From Anthoceros angustus (taxonomy: Eukaryota > Plantae > Anthocerotophyta), in assembly GCA_010909165.1 (NCBI GenBank), contig MU008182.1, positions 682,001-746,000 on the forward strand: a stretch of DNA of 64,000 nt. The letters run 5' to 3'. The notes under the pieces are model-generated. The model worked only from the letters and a program-made list of their open reading frames with translations. It searched no databases and had not been told where the DNA came from. Positions 1 to 11,096 of the stretch are shown one piece after another. Position 1 is the first letter of the stretch, and the number at the start of each line of letters is the position of its first letter. The translations under genes and the position numbers were made by a program.

Positions 1-556
1 GATAGAACTCATGCAGACACCACAACGACTTGTGTCGCTTGCTGAATGTATTCAGCCGAGTGGGCGATGGGTCATAGGAAAGTGACCCACTACCCACGTA
101 TCCCAAGGACATGACCCCAAGCCCACTCGGACGAGCGGGCCAGCCACCTACGTGCATGACCATCGGGACAAGTAGCACTGTCGAATATGCACGATCCGTG
201 GCCATGTGATTACAACAAGACCATAGAGTCACATAAATTGCGGTAGTCACCATGTTACATTTGAGGTGACCATGACACCATGCGAGGACCAAGCAAGTGT
301 CCACGTGGTGGGCACTGTCATTGCACATGTCCCCGCCCACACCGTGACCATTGTGTCTTGGGAGGCTGGATGCCAAGAGGCCCAGTCGAGGGTGACCAAA
401 GGGTGCGACAAAAATCTTGAATGGCGGTGAAGCCACGGGGGAGGCGAAGGAACCAAAACTTGAGATGCATTAACGCAAATCATGCCCAACATGCACCCCA
501 AGAGCATTGTGGAACAACATCTTGAACATCGATTCGAGCACCTTATACGACCTTAC

Positions 557-2062
557 GAGGAAAAAGCACAAGTACTAACATAATGGACCTAGCGCCAACC
601 TGAGACATATCAAGGAAATGAGTGATATGTGTGATGAACGCCTTTAACACGATAATTTTTGAAGGGGGGGATATACTGACCCCCTTCGGCCGAGACAGCA
701 CCCCCTTGTCACGAAGAACACCTTACCTAAAACAGCATATGTGCCCTACTTTGATAATGCACACACCCTTTCTGAGGTCATTCTTGTGATAAAAGATGCG
801 TTTTCAAGTCAACACCCTAGAACTGGAGCACAGTAGGGTGGAGTGGGTGCATTTTTGTAGATTGTTTAGAGGTTGCCATTTTCATATGTTTTCTGGCAAG
901 AAAACTTTTACTTGAAGTGGTGGAACACAATGAAGACAATCTTGTACTAGCGAGTCTCATTTCAATGGTCGTGAGAACATTGCAACAAACATCTGCTAAA
1001 GAAGGGAGTGGTCATCGGCATCGACAAAAGTCATTGAAGAGTGCGGCTGGCGACTCATCCATGCCTTGCAAACTGAGGAAAAAGCACAAGTACTAACATA
1101 ATGGACTAGACAACCCGAGACATATCAAGGAAATGAGTGATATGTGTGATGAACGCCTTTAACATAATTTTTGAAGGGGATATCACCCTTCGCCGAGACA
1201 AGACCCTTGTCACGAAGAAGAACACCTTACCTAAAACAAAGATATGTGCCCTACTTTGATAATGCACACACCCTTTACGAGGTCATTCTTGTGATAAAAG
1301 ATCGTTTTCAAGTCAACACCCTAGAACCGAGCATGAGGGTGTGGGTCGGTGTCAGATTGTTTAGAGGGTTGCCATTTTCATATGTTTTCACAACCGAAAA
1401 CTTTTACTTGAAGTGGTGGAACACAATGAAGACAATCTTGCATAGCGGAGTCTCATTTCAATGGTCGTGAGAACATTGCAACAAACATCCGCTAAAGAAG
1501 GGAGTGGTCATCGGCATCGACAAAAGTCATTGAAGAGTGCGGCTGGCGACTCATCCATGCCTTGCAAACTGAGGAAAAAGCACAAGTACTAACATAATGG
1601 ACTAGACAACCCGAGACATATCAAGGAAATGAGTGATATGTGTGATGAACGCCTTTAACATAATTTTTGAAGGGGATATCACCCTTCGCCGAGACAAGAC
1701 CCTTGTCACGAAGAAGAACACCTTACCTAAAACAAAGATATGTGCCCTACTTTGATAATGCACACACCCTTTACGAGGTCATTCTTGTGATAAAAGATCG
1801 TTTTCAAGTCAACACCCTAGAACCGAGCATGAGGGTGTGGGTCGGTGTCAGATTGTTTAGAGGGTTGCCATTTTCATATGTTTTCACAACCGAAAACTTT
1901 TACTTGAAGTGGTGGAACACAATGAAGACAATCTTGCATAGCGGAGTCTCATTTCAATGGTCGTGAGAACATTGCAACAAACATCCGCTAAAGAAGGGAG
2001 TGGTCATCGGCATCGACAAAAGTCATTGAAGAGTGCGGCTGGCGACTCATCCATGCCTTGCA
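557..2062. repeat. Three tandem copies of a ~496-bp unit spanning the left junction of the 646-6035 transposon
   Basis: Units start with GAGGAAAAAGCACAAG at 557, 1075 and 1571. ORFs 1171..1470 and 1667..1966 are identical (period 496). Copy 1 differs mainly by small indels. Each unit is ~90 bp of flank plus ~410 bp of the element end. Confidence 0.95.
646..668 (+). repeat. Left terminal inverted repeat (23 bp), preceded by TSD CTTT
   Basis: Exact reverse complement of 6013-6035. Confidence 0.9.
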
Positions 2063-2394
2063 CCGACATCGAGTCAAGAACCACCGCCATATTCTGGCGG
2101 TCACATCGTCCGCCTCAAAGTTATCGTTCTCCTCCATTGCTTGCTCGTCTTCAATAGTATCATTCACAGGCCCGTAGCGGTGTCGCCCTGAGCATCTAGG
2201 GTTTCTTGACCCTCATCCAAAAGGTCGCTTGATCGTGGTCTTCAACCTTCCGCACTTAATGCAACCACTTGGGCTTTAAGGCAATCCTTCTCACTTATGC
2301 AAACCTCCTTTGCCCAGGCGGGATGGACCCTTGCGATGCGGCTCGAGCGTTAGCTCTTCCTCTGCGTCTGGTAGGACTTGTACACCATGTCGTT

Positions 2395-3340
2395 GTTCAA
2401 TGTACCGCGCACCTCAAATCGGCTTCAATGTGCTGATTCCGGCCACTCAACAATCTTGCCAATGTTGTCGTCGCTCCACACAACATCCACAACCCAATCT
2501 CCTTCCACGGAGAATGTTTTGACAAGTTTTGTCATAAGGCCTAGCGGGCGTTGGTAAGGGCATACTACCCGACAGCCGTGTGATAGGTGGATGACTTCTT
2601 CACGGGGTGCTTGTAATAAGCATCCTTCCATTGTTGAAAGTCCCATGCATGGCGTTAGGCATCATAGGAACCCAATCTCTCGCACAACTTGCTTTTAGAC
2701 ACCATCCTACTGTCACGTACTCGACAGTCTCAAATCCGCCTCTATCGTTATTCATGTTTGTCTTGTCCCAGATGAAGGACACCATGCCTCCCTTGCCACA
2801 AAATTTCCGCATAGACTCCCTGACTGTGTGGGCTTCTTCAACTCCATGCAGGACGATAAGCCTGAACTCCTCGCTGGTGGTCTTCTCTTCAAAACTCTGA
2901 AACACTGTACCCATCATGGCCGAATCCATGCGCTTGTCCATAGGACCGATGTCAAACCCACGGGGGACGTCCATGACAAGCAAAGTGTATCTCCTTCCCC
3001 GCAGGTAGCCACGCAAGTCAAGAACATTACGGCCTTGGATCTGGTACTGGACCTGCTTTTCAGTCGATGGAACGTTGAAAACGTGGAGTCCCTCTTCCAA
3101 GTCCTTATGCACTGAGCCCGCTCATTCTCCAAGCCCTTCCAATTATTGATCTCAAATATGAAATGGCGAAACTCCTCGGGAAGTTTGGACAAGACCTCCA
3201 CATCTTTCAATTCTTGCACGCAATCCGATGTCGTGAAGACTATCCTACTTTTGCAAGAAACAGGTATCGCAACAATGCGTCGGCGACATCTCTGTACACC
3301 ACACTCGGGCGCCTCGCCTACCATTTGTAGCCACGAGTGT
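2395..3340 (-). pseudogene. Beta-class N4-cytosine/N6-adenine DNA methyltransferase (N6_N4_Mtase-like), frameshifted and 5'-truncated
   Basis: Motifs occur in beta-class order across successive frames. YTLLVMDVPRGF (~2955-2990) is at the DPPY-type motif IV position. Then FIWDKTN..GFETVEYVTVGW, and CPYQRPLGLMTKLVKTFSVEGDWVVD (compare HPTQKPxxLxxxLIxxxSxxGDxVLD). After a shift near 2485 comes LCGATTTLARLLSGRNQHIEAD (compare SAM-binding FxGSGTTxxAxxxxGRxxxGxExD). Confidence 0.82.
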
Positions 3341-3344
3341 ATGG

Positions 3345-3880
3345 CGGAGGGAGGCGCCGGCCGGCCGCCCGAGCACCACACTCGGGCGCCGGCCAGGTAG
3401 CTGCGTGAGGCGGGCGCGGCCGGCCGGCGCCGCCCGGCGCCGCCCGTCTGCTCACCGTCGGGTGGGCAACGGGTGTCTTGCGCGAGGGAGGCGCCGGCGG
3501 CGGCGCCTCCCTCTCTCCAGTCAGGCGCCGGCGGCCGGCCGGCGATAATCAATCTCGTGGTCGGCCGGCCGGCGGCCGTACCTGCAATCTCCGGGAGGGA
3601 GGCGCAAAGCGGCGGCGCCGGTGGGTCGGCACACCGTGGCGCGGCCGGCCGGCGCCGCCCGTCTGCTCACCGTGGCGCGGCCGGCCGGCGCCCTCCTCTC
3701 TCAGCGGAGGGCGCCGCCCGCCCGGCGCCCCCAGCGCCAGCGAAGAGGCGCCGGCGGCGGCGCCTGGCAGGCCTCCAGTGAGCATGGCGCCGGCCGGCCG
3801 GCGCCATGCGGGCCACCGCCATGAGGGCGCCCGGCTGGCGGCGCCTCCCTCTCCAGCCAGTCAGGCGCCGGCCGCCCCAT
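3345..3880. repeat. Extremely GC-rich low-complexity block (GGCGCC/GGCCGGCC motifs, palindromes); possibly a basecalling or assembly artefact
   Basis: Perfect 28-bp palindrome GCATGGCGCCGGCCGGCCGGCGCCATGC at 3782-3809 and hairpin GAGGGAGGCGCC-N6-GGCGCCTCCCTC at ~3484-3513. Composition shifts abruptly, and both flanking genes are cut at this block. Confidence 0.7.
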
Positions 3881-3975
3881 ATCATCGCAACCTATGGGGC
3901 AGGCCGTCCAGCGCCCAAAGGTCTTCGATGGCTTTAGACAGCCAACGCTCTAATGCTGTTTTTTAATGTTTGCAG

Positions 3976-5497
3976 AGAAATATCAAGCAGCGTTAGACGT
4001 CCATCGCCAGCGACTTCTTGCAGAACGCGCCAAGATGACTAAACATCGCAGTAAGAGTTATATAGAGCCACATAAGTACATTTTATTGGCGATTGATGGA
4101 ATGGACTAGAAGAAGACGGAGATCCCGCACATTCTGAGGTGGCCAAAGAACTTGGATGAGGAATGCCGCATTTCAGTTCATGTAGTGGGGTGCATGATCC
4201 ACAAGTACACCCACAAGGCGAGAGCTTTTTTACACTATGCCAACCTCCGGAATGATGCAAATTTGACTATTAGCGTCATTCAAGATGTTATCCACAACTA
4301 TGATGGTGTCTTGCCCAAGGTTCCTTATCTTCAGCTGGACAATACATGCCGTGAGAACAAGAACCAGCTACTATTTGCTTATCTCAACATGCTCGTGGAC
4401 ATGGGCACGTTTGAGAAGGTGAAGGTGGGCTTTCTACTGGTTGGCCACACTCACGATCAAATTGATCAAATGTTCTCATGCTTCTCCAAAAGCTTGAGAC
4501 ACAAAAGCGCACCGCACGCGCGTTGCGAGACATTCTCAAATGTGCCTACACACCATCGGATGTTAAAGTGTTGGAGGTCCGGATTTTAGGACATATGTGG
4601 CCGTGAAAAAGCGAGCGAAGTTTGTTGTATCAAAAGCGAATAACTGTCGTTCCGGACCGGTTCAAAATTACAGGAAGACAAACCCGGCGGCGGCCTTATC
4701 ACATCGTCGAGGAGCAAAAGCGGTATTCAACATCCCGCTATGGGAAAGCCAAATTTGGATTAGAGTTTTGAATTTTGTTCCTTAGGGAATAGCAATTGCG
4801 CCTTTATTGTCACTTCTTGAGCCGGGATAAGAAGGGAACGGCAGGTATCCTATCACCGACGGAAGGAGTCGCCCACTTGCAGGAAGGATTAAAAGGGTTG
4901 CGTCCATATGTCACTGTTGAAGAGTACAAGTGGTGGGAGGCCTTTTGGGTGGACCAGAAGGAGATTGCTGTCATTGTGCAGAATAACATCGGTCTAGTGC
5001 TGGAGCATCCTTGGAAGTGGTTTTCACGTGCAGAAGTGGAGCATACAGCCCGACCACTTCAAGTCCCGGATGAAGCTTTGTTGGATGAGGCATTATTGAG
5101 GGACCTCCCACAACGGGATATGTACTTGGGGGCATATCAAAATGCTGGAAGGCAACAGCGGGAAATGGCACGGATGAATGGGGACATAACGGAAATCCAA
5201 GAGGGGATGTTTATGGCAGTGCCGTGCACTACGGACATGCATAACAGGCCATTTTGGATTGGAGAGGTCATTGACGTGAAGCTAAATGCACCACGACCTC
5301 ACTTTCTTATCCACTGGTATCGGACTGAGCACACAGATGCGTATGAAGGGAGATATGTGCAGGAATACATAGTCCGCCAGAGTGGTAACCCATTTGGTCC
5401 AATGCCGAAGAAAAAAGGGAATAAGGGTCATTACCTGAAAAACATACATGAGGTATTTGTGAAGGAAACAGTCATCTTGTATTATGGGTTTTGTTGA
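3976..5497 (+). pseudogene. Sola-like (DUF7869-type) DDE transposase, with an in-frame stop and frameshifts
   Basis: After the acceptor-like TTTGCAG (3969-3975): KYQAALDVHRQRLLAERAKMTKHRSKSYIEPHKYILLAIDGMD*KKTEIPH (TAG at 4107, likely from CAG), then YLQLDNTCRENKN and FLLVGHTHDQIDQMFS. The C-terminal region 4796..5497 contains RPFWIGEV..IHWY. Confidence 0.85.
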
Positions 5498-5962
5498 GCA
5501 TGCGAGCATCATGCGGTGGACAAAAGCGATAAGGGATAAGCTCTGCGAGTTGCGTGGCTTCATTTCTTGAGTCAAAGTCTTCTTGAAGATAGCGATGACA
5601 ATGCGGAGAAATTTGGACCAAGTGATGAAGGATTGAACTCGGGGATGAGTGGCGAAATCTCGTTTTCACGGGGTCCCGAGTTAACGTTGTAAGTCCGGTT
5701 CTTTGATGTTTTCGAGGAAATACGTCCGTGGCTTATGTGATGTCATAACAAAACCACATTTCCTCCCAAACTGAGTTCTGATCGTTCTTGCGGCGAGAGC
5801 GGCCTTCCTCACCGTTCCTACTTTGCATTATTTCCCTAGGTTGGAGTTTGCGACCACCATTGGCCACAAACATTGCTAGATGGAAAGTAGTAATTTTGGG
5901 TGACACCTTTTTTTGAATTTGTTTTCCGGAATGCCTTCAAAGCGCTGTTTTAGGGCCCATCA

Positions 5963-6035
5963 AAAACCCCCTTCAGAGATTATTTGCGGAAAACCCCCTT
6001 CGAGATTATTAACCCCCTTCAAAAATTATCGTGTT
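5963..6035. repeat. Right TIR (6013-6035) with subterminal AACCCCCTTC repeats
   Basis: AACCCCCTTC at ~5965, ~5992 and 6011, each followed by an (A/G)ATTAT-like motif. TSD CTTT at 6036-6039. Confidence 0.88.
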
Positions 6036-6600
6036 CTTTGGAGCAGTTCTGAACCGCTTTGTGTCCTTAGTGTTCGATGATGGTCTGGAGGCGAGTTCCC
6101 AAAACTGAACAATTACGTCTTTCACATACCCTGGCACTGTGTCACTCCGTGTCTTCCTACCTGCACCACACCGGTGAGATATTTCACCATGCACATCTCC
6201 TTGCGAGAACCCAAGGCTCGATCTGGTGCCTCCTCACGGCTCTATTTGGCGAGACAACGAGGAAACAAGGTGGCTCCCTTTGATATCTTTAGACGGAATC
6301 ATGTTGAAGGCGTGTTCCGTGCATAGCGTCTCCAAATTGCACGTCCTTCAAACTTGAGCATGCAACCTTCAAGTTACGCATGATCATTCTTGCCACCTCT
6401 CCTATCCTTAGTCTTTGCGGTCTCACCCGATACTCTTTCAACGGTGTGGCCAAAGAGGCGTAAGATGTCTTATTTGCTCGCGGTGTATCTAGAAGTGAGA
6501 TGCAAGAAATGTTGACCAATTTCGAGCCACCCTTTGTTTCACGCGAGTAGGCATTCCACGCTCCTGTCGATTCGCTCAAGGCCCCCCTGCTCTCCACTTC
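6036..6600 (-). pseudogene. N-terminal part of a Sola2-like transposase (host element), interrupted at 6036 and resuming at 641
   Basis: RKTRSDTVPGYVKDVIVQFWELASRPSSNTKDTKRFRTAPK (compare RKxRSD..VxxF...SRxxPxxKD of Sola2-type proteins). It continues in frame at 641-600 as AFITHITHFLDMSQ followed by GT. Confidence 0.68.
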
Positions 6601-6856
6601 TTGACTCGTTGTGTTGAGGTCAGGTGAGGCAGGTCAACATCCCCAAGCCTTGCTTGATCCTCGCCCGTCTCAACGCATCCGCTGCTTTCTTGAGATAGCC
6701 CACTTCTATCACACAGGCATCATCCTTCCGGGTTGCTCTGCCACTACATTTGCATGCCTGCCGACCTTTGGCGGCGCTTGCTCTCGGCCCATGCTCGCCT
6801 CGGCTTCACAGTGAGCGTGCCATACCTCTTTGAGGGGCCGAAAATGCGTGTACGCC

Positions 6857-7660
6857 CGCTAGAGAGTCACCAAGCCCGATCTTGAGCGACCTTTCACCAC
6901 AAGATGTCTTCACATGGCTGCAACAACCATGCGCGCCCGTGTGAGACCAAACCCTAAACATCTAGCTTGGACCCAGTTTACATGGTTGATTTCACCCACC
7001 AGCGGCCTACAGGCAATCGCAACAAATGCATTTATTCCTGAGCCTTCATCTCATGGTGCATCCATTGGCGGATTATTGCGTGTAGATGCCTACCTCCAAG
7101 CCAACTTGTTTGTGGCTTGAATGAAGCACCAAGCGCCATCAGCATCACCTACAGGCCATGCGCACGGTTTCCCATGTTGAAGTACTTGATGAAACCGAGA
7201 TGCTTGATGTCATATAAAATTAACAAGTGCCGTGATGCGTGTCTGCCGCTAGAGTCACCAAGCCCGATCTTGAGCGACCTTTCACACGATGTCTTCACAT
7301 GGCTGCGGCAACAACCATGCGCGCCCGTGTGAGACCAAACCCTAAACATCTAGCTTGGACCCAGTTTTACATGGTTCAGATTTCACCCACCCAACGAGCG
7401 CGGCCTACAGGCAATCGCAACAAATGGCTGTTCCGCTGAGCCTTCATCTCATGGTGCATCCATTGGCGGATTGTTGCGTGTAGATGCCTACCTCCACTGA
7501 GCCAACTTGTTTGTGGCTTCGAATGAAGCACCCACTGGGCGCCATCAGCATCACCTACAGGCCATGCTCGCACACGGTTTCCCGCTGTGTTTGAAGTACT
7601 TGATGAAACCGAGATGCTTGATGTCAGCCCATAAAATTAACAAGTGCACCGGCGGTGCGT
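6857..7660. repeat. Direct tandem duplication of ~390-410 bp
   Basis: CGCTAGAG(AG)TCACCAAGCCCGATC at 6857 and 7247. The copies differ mostly by indels. Confidence 0.9.
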
Positions 7661-7994
7661 CCGTGGTGGGGCGCCAGTAAAGGTACGGACCATTTTCCCT
7701 CCTTCGCTCCCCCGGTTCGTAAAAATAACATGGCACAATGGACAAGTGTCGAGGACATTGCCCATCTTAGCATCCCCGGACCAAGGCATTTTTTTTCAAG
7801 GTCTTTTTTCCCCTAATCTAATTTCATATTTTAACCTCAGATACATACATAAGAATACTATCATCTATAAAAATACCAGACCGTTTGGAAACGAAATCAA
7901 TTATATAAAATTATATTCAATATAAGAGGACAAAAGAAGGATGTTTCAACCGTTACGCACCAAAGTGAGCACCAAACCATGCAACAACCCTTTA

Positions 7995-9980
7995 CTAGCT
8001 TTGGAGAAACCTGCGTCGAGGGTTCGCCCTATTGCTCTCGGAGAGGTGTTCCTGCACCTCATCAGCCACAGCATTGCGATTCAACTTCGGGAGCACTTCC
8101 GGAAGCACCTTTGCCCCCACCAATTTGGGATTGCCACTCCAGGGGGTTGTGAGTCTGCGGCCATTGGTATCCATGCGATCCTCGAGTCTCACCCACATTG
8201 GGTTGCTCTACAGGTAGATATCGAGAATGCTTTCAACACAGTGTCTAGGGCCGTCATTTTCTTGGAACTCAAGGACGCAGATGGGCACCTAGCGGGCCTC
8301 ATTCCATTTGTTCGCTCCTTCTACGGTTCTCCGTCCAATCTCTACTATCAACATGGTCCAGCTACGGAAGGCGTTTCGGTTCTCTACTCAGCGATGGGCA
8401 CAAGGCAAGGGGATCCATTGGGAGGCGCCCTCTTCGCCATGGCGCACTTCAAGGCGCTGTCCTCCACAGCCTCTGCAGTTCGGAAGTGCCTTTCCCCTTC
8501 CGTGGCTGACGATACCCATATCCTCGGGCCAGGGGACAAGGTCAGAGCTGCCTTTGATCTCTTCTCCTTGGAGCTCTCCCGTATGGGATTAAGAGTCAAG
8601 ATCGATAAGTGCAGGGTGTGGTCCCCTTCCAGCAATACATCCCCTCTTCACTATCTAAGGGGGGATATTATTTCTCCGCAAGGGCTTCGGGTCCTCAGAG
8701 TTCAGCTGGGTCCCCCTGACTTTATTCAAGAGTTTGTGGACGTGGCTCACATTGGGGATGTTTCACAAATTGGGGACCCTCAGGTTGCGTTTGGTATTTT
8801 GTCTTCCTGCTTCGCGCGTTGACCAAGTTATCTTACCGGGACGGCCTTTTTATCAAGCTTGAGGCATTTTGATAGGCAGGTTATGCAGGCGCTTGGGGAC
8901 AATATAGGTCCCGGCACCTTGAATCGTGGATGGTGACTTGGCGGAAGCAGGCATCATTGCTGGCCTTGAGGCAGCTTGCTGCCATGGAGGCCTCGGCTCG
9001 GCGGCTTTCCTCGGGAGTTGGGCCCTCTTGCCACAATTTTGGCCTCTCGATTCTGTGGACTCCCCCCCCTTAAGCCTTCGTCTCGAGTGTTGAGAAGGGG
9101 GCCTTCCCCTTGCAGGTCTTTCTCAGGCAGGCTAGGGACTCTCTTTGCTTAGAGGCTAGGGAAGCCATGCCTCCTTTTTCCTCTTTCTTTAAGGAAGGGT
9201 TGTGTGGCCTTCAAGCCTCTCTCCAGGAGAAGCAATATTTACAGGTGCAAAGGGCCCTCCTTCTGGACTCCTCCATTTCCAGGTCTTCGCGGGCCCGCCT
9301 GCGTTCCTGTTCGGGGAAGGGGGCAGGCTCCTGGCTTTTGGCTCGGCCTTGCATTCCGGCGTTCCAAATCACACCAGCGTCCTTTTCGACCGCGATGAGG
9401 GTCCGCCTCGGTTTGGCTCATCCTTTGGCCTCTTCTCTTTCCGTGCGTGGGCTGCCATCGCGATTCGGATCCCATTTGGCCCGTTGTCCGTGGGGCAACG
9501 CGTAGGAGGCGGATTTTTCCGTCTGGGGCGCCCGCCCATACATTGCGTAATGGCGTACGTCACTCGAGGCGGACCTTTTTTATACTAGGGGGGAGCAAAT
9601 TTATATCGCTGATGTGGTTGTCACGGATCCCCCGAGAGACTCTATAAGCGAGCATGTCATCATCAACCCCCCCGGCTGGGTGGCGGAAGGATGCGCAACC
9701 AGCAAGACTCACAAGTACTCTCCTATGCAAGATGGCCATGTTTTCATCCCCCTCGCCCTGGAGGGGCCTCCCCCTTTCCTCCGTGGTGGCTTTTTCCAGC
9801 GGTGGGTTTCCATAGCTCTGTAGCTACTTATTTATGGGAAGACTCAGCGCTGAGGACTAAGCTTCGACACCGGTGATAGGTAGGCCCTTCATCATCCCTG
9901 ATCACGATATCATTGATGCAATAGGTAGTTACGGGAAAGACATTCGAGGGGACTAGGACTTCCTCTTTTACTATTAGCCC
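7995..9980 (+). mobile_element. 5'-truncated CRE/R2-type non-LTR retrotransposon (RT plus restriction-like endonuclease), decayed
   Basis: ORF 7941..8822 has RPIALGE, QFGIATPGGCE, QVDIENAFN, GTRQGDPLG and VADD. Downstream frames give GAGSWL, RLGL, HLARC, ADVVVTDP and FIPLALE. Confidence 0.85.
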
Positions 9981-11096
9981 TTTTTGGGTTGTTCCTCCTC
10001 AGACTTCAGGGGTAGATGAGATTCCCCATCTCGCCTATTAATAATGTCTACTCTTATCCCATGACCACCTAATCACCCCAGTTTTGACGTATAGTATGTG
10101 AGTAAAATATTGGTGCTATGATTGATAAAATCGTAATGATGAGATCAATGCGAAAACTCAATAACTTTGGTAATCAATAGTTAGATAGCTTAGTAACTTA
10201 GACACCACATGTTGCTACAAAGGAGTTTCTTGATAGGCTTGTCGTTGTATCTCGACCCTTCTGGCTTGGAAAGCATTCCAATAGAGAGCACATGTGAATT
10301 ATAACTTTTTGGTCCATCTCTAAAGTCACCTAGTGCGTAGACAATATACAAGAAGACCAATAGTCTACCCCGGATAAATGTGCCTTGTATAAATGTTAAC
10401 TCTCTATAATTATTACTTCCGTCTTCACTCTTTGGAAATTTCAAATAGTTTTTGGATAAGTGTTAGATGTTAACCTCAAGAAAATATGACCTTCACAGTA
10501 TAGTGCTAATAAATATTAAGGTATGAGTATCTCTAAATATGATTATAATATTATTGAAATATATTATTATAAATATCAGATTTATTATAAAGTACTATAT
10601 ATATTACAAATATAATTGTTATATGTTAATAATTAATTAATAAAAATTAAAAATAAAAGACACCATACCTCCCAACATGGTAAGTTTATATGAAAATGTG
10701 CTAACTAGGTACAATAACTAGTCTTCAACATGAGCGTACCTACATACATAGGTCCGTCTTTAGCAAGGGGAGTAAATTATTCTTTACCACGCTAGAAACT
10801 ATTGGCAGTAACTTTGGAGTATTCACCGAGGTAATCAAAAAATCAAAATGACAACTAAACGTAACCTATGTCTGGAGAAGTCAGGCACCCGTGACCGCTG
10901 CCAGGGTGCCGGGTATTCCAAAGTACCGACCATCTTCCTCGCTTTTGCAATTTCTGCGGGCTCGCGTCCCGTTCATCACTTCATGGCGGCGACTACGAGA
11001 AGGTGATATACTTGACGCTGATGCTGCATTGAGATTTTGGTTCGGCGCTCCGTTTAGTTGCATTGGAATGATTTGAGGCTTGGTTGGTTCTTGTAG

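Larger units (their letters stand above)
646..6035. mobile_element. TIR DNA transposon (Sola-like DDE) carrying a DNA amino-methyltransferase gene
   Basis: AACACGATAATTTTTGAAGGGGG (646-668) is the exact reverse complement of CCCCCTTCAAAAATTATCGTGTT (6013-6035). CTTT flanks both ends (642-645, 6036-6039). The element contains transposase and MTase remnants. Removing it rejoins an interrupted ORF in frame. Degenerate left ends recur at 1161 and 1657. Confidence 0.88.

Noticed and set aside
1171-1966. Two identical 99-aa ORFs as duplicated genes
   Set aside because: They start at TTG inside the TIR, are not preserved in copy 1 and are a by-product of the repeat.
3473-3966. R/P/G/A-rich ORFs over the GC block
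   Set aside because: Stop-free only because of extreme GC content; no domain motifs.
2395-5497. Bacterial contamination or a restriction-modification operon
   Set aside because: No endonuclease partner; the neighbour is a eukaryotic-type transposase with an intron acceptor, inside TIRs nested in another eukaryotic transposon.
648-6033. Reading the element as CACTA/Chapaev with CAC..GTG ends
   Set aside because: The flanks would be TTAA and TTCT, which is no duplication; only AACAC..GTGTT ends give a TSD and restore the host ORF.
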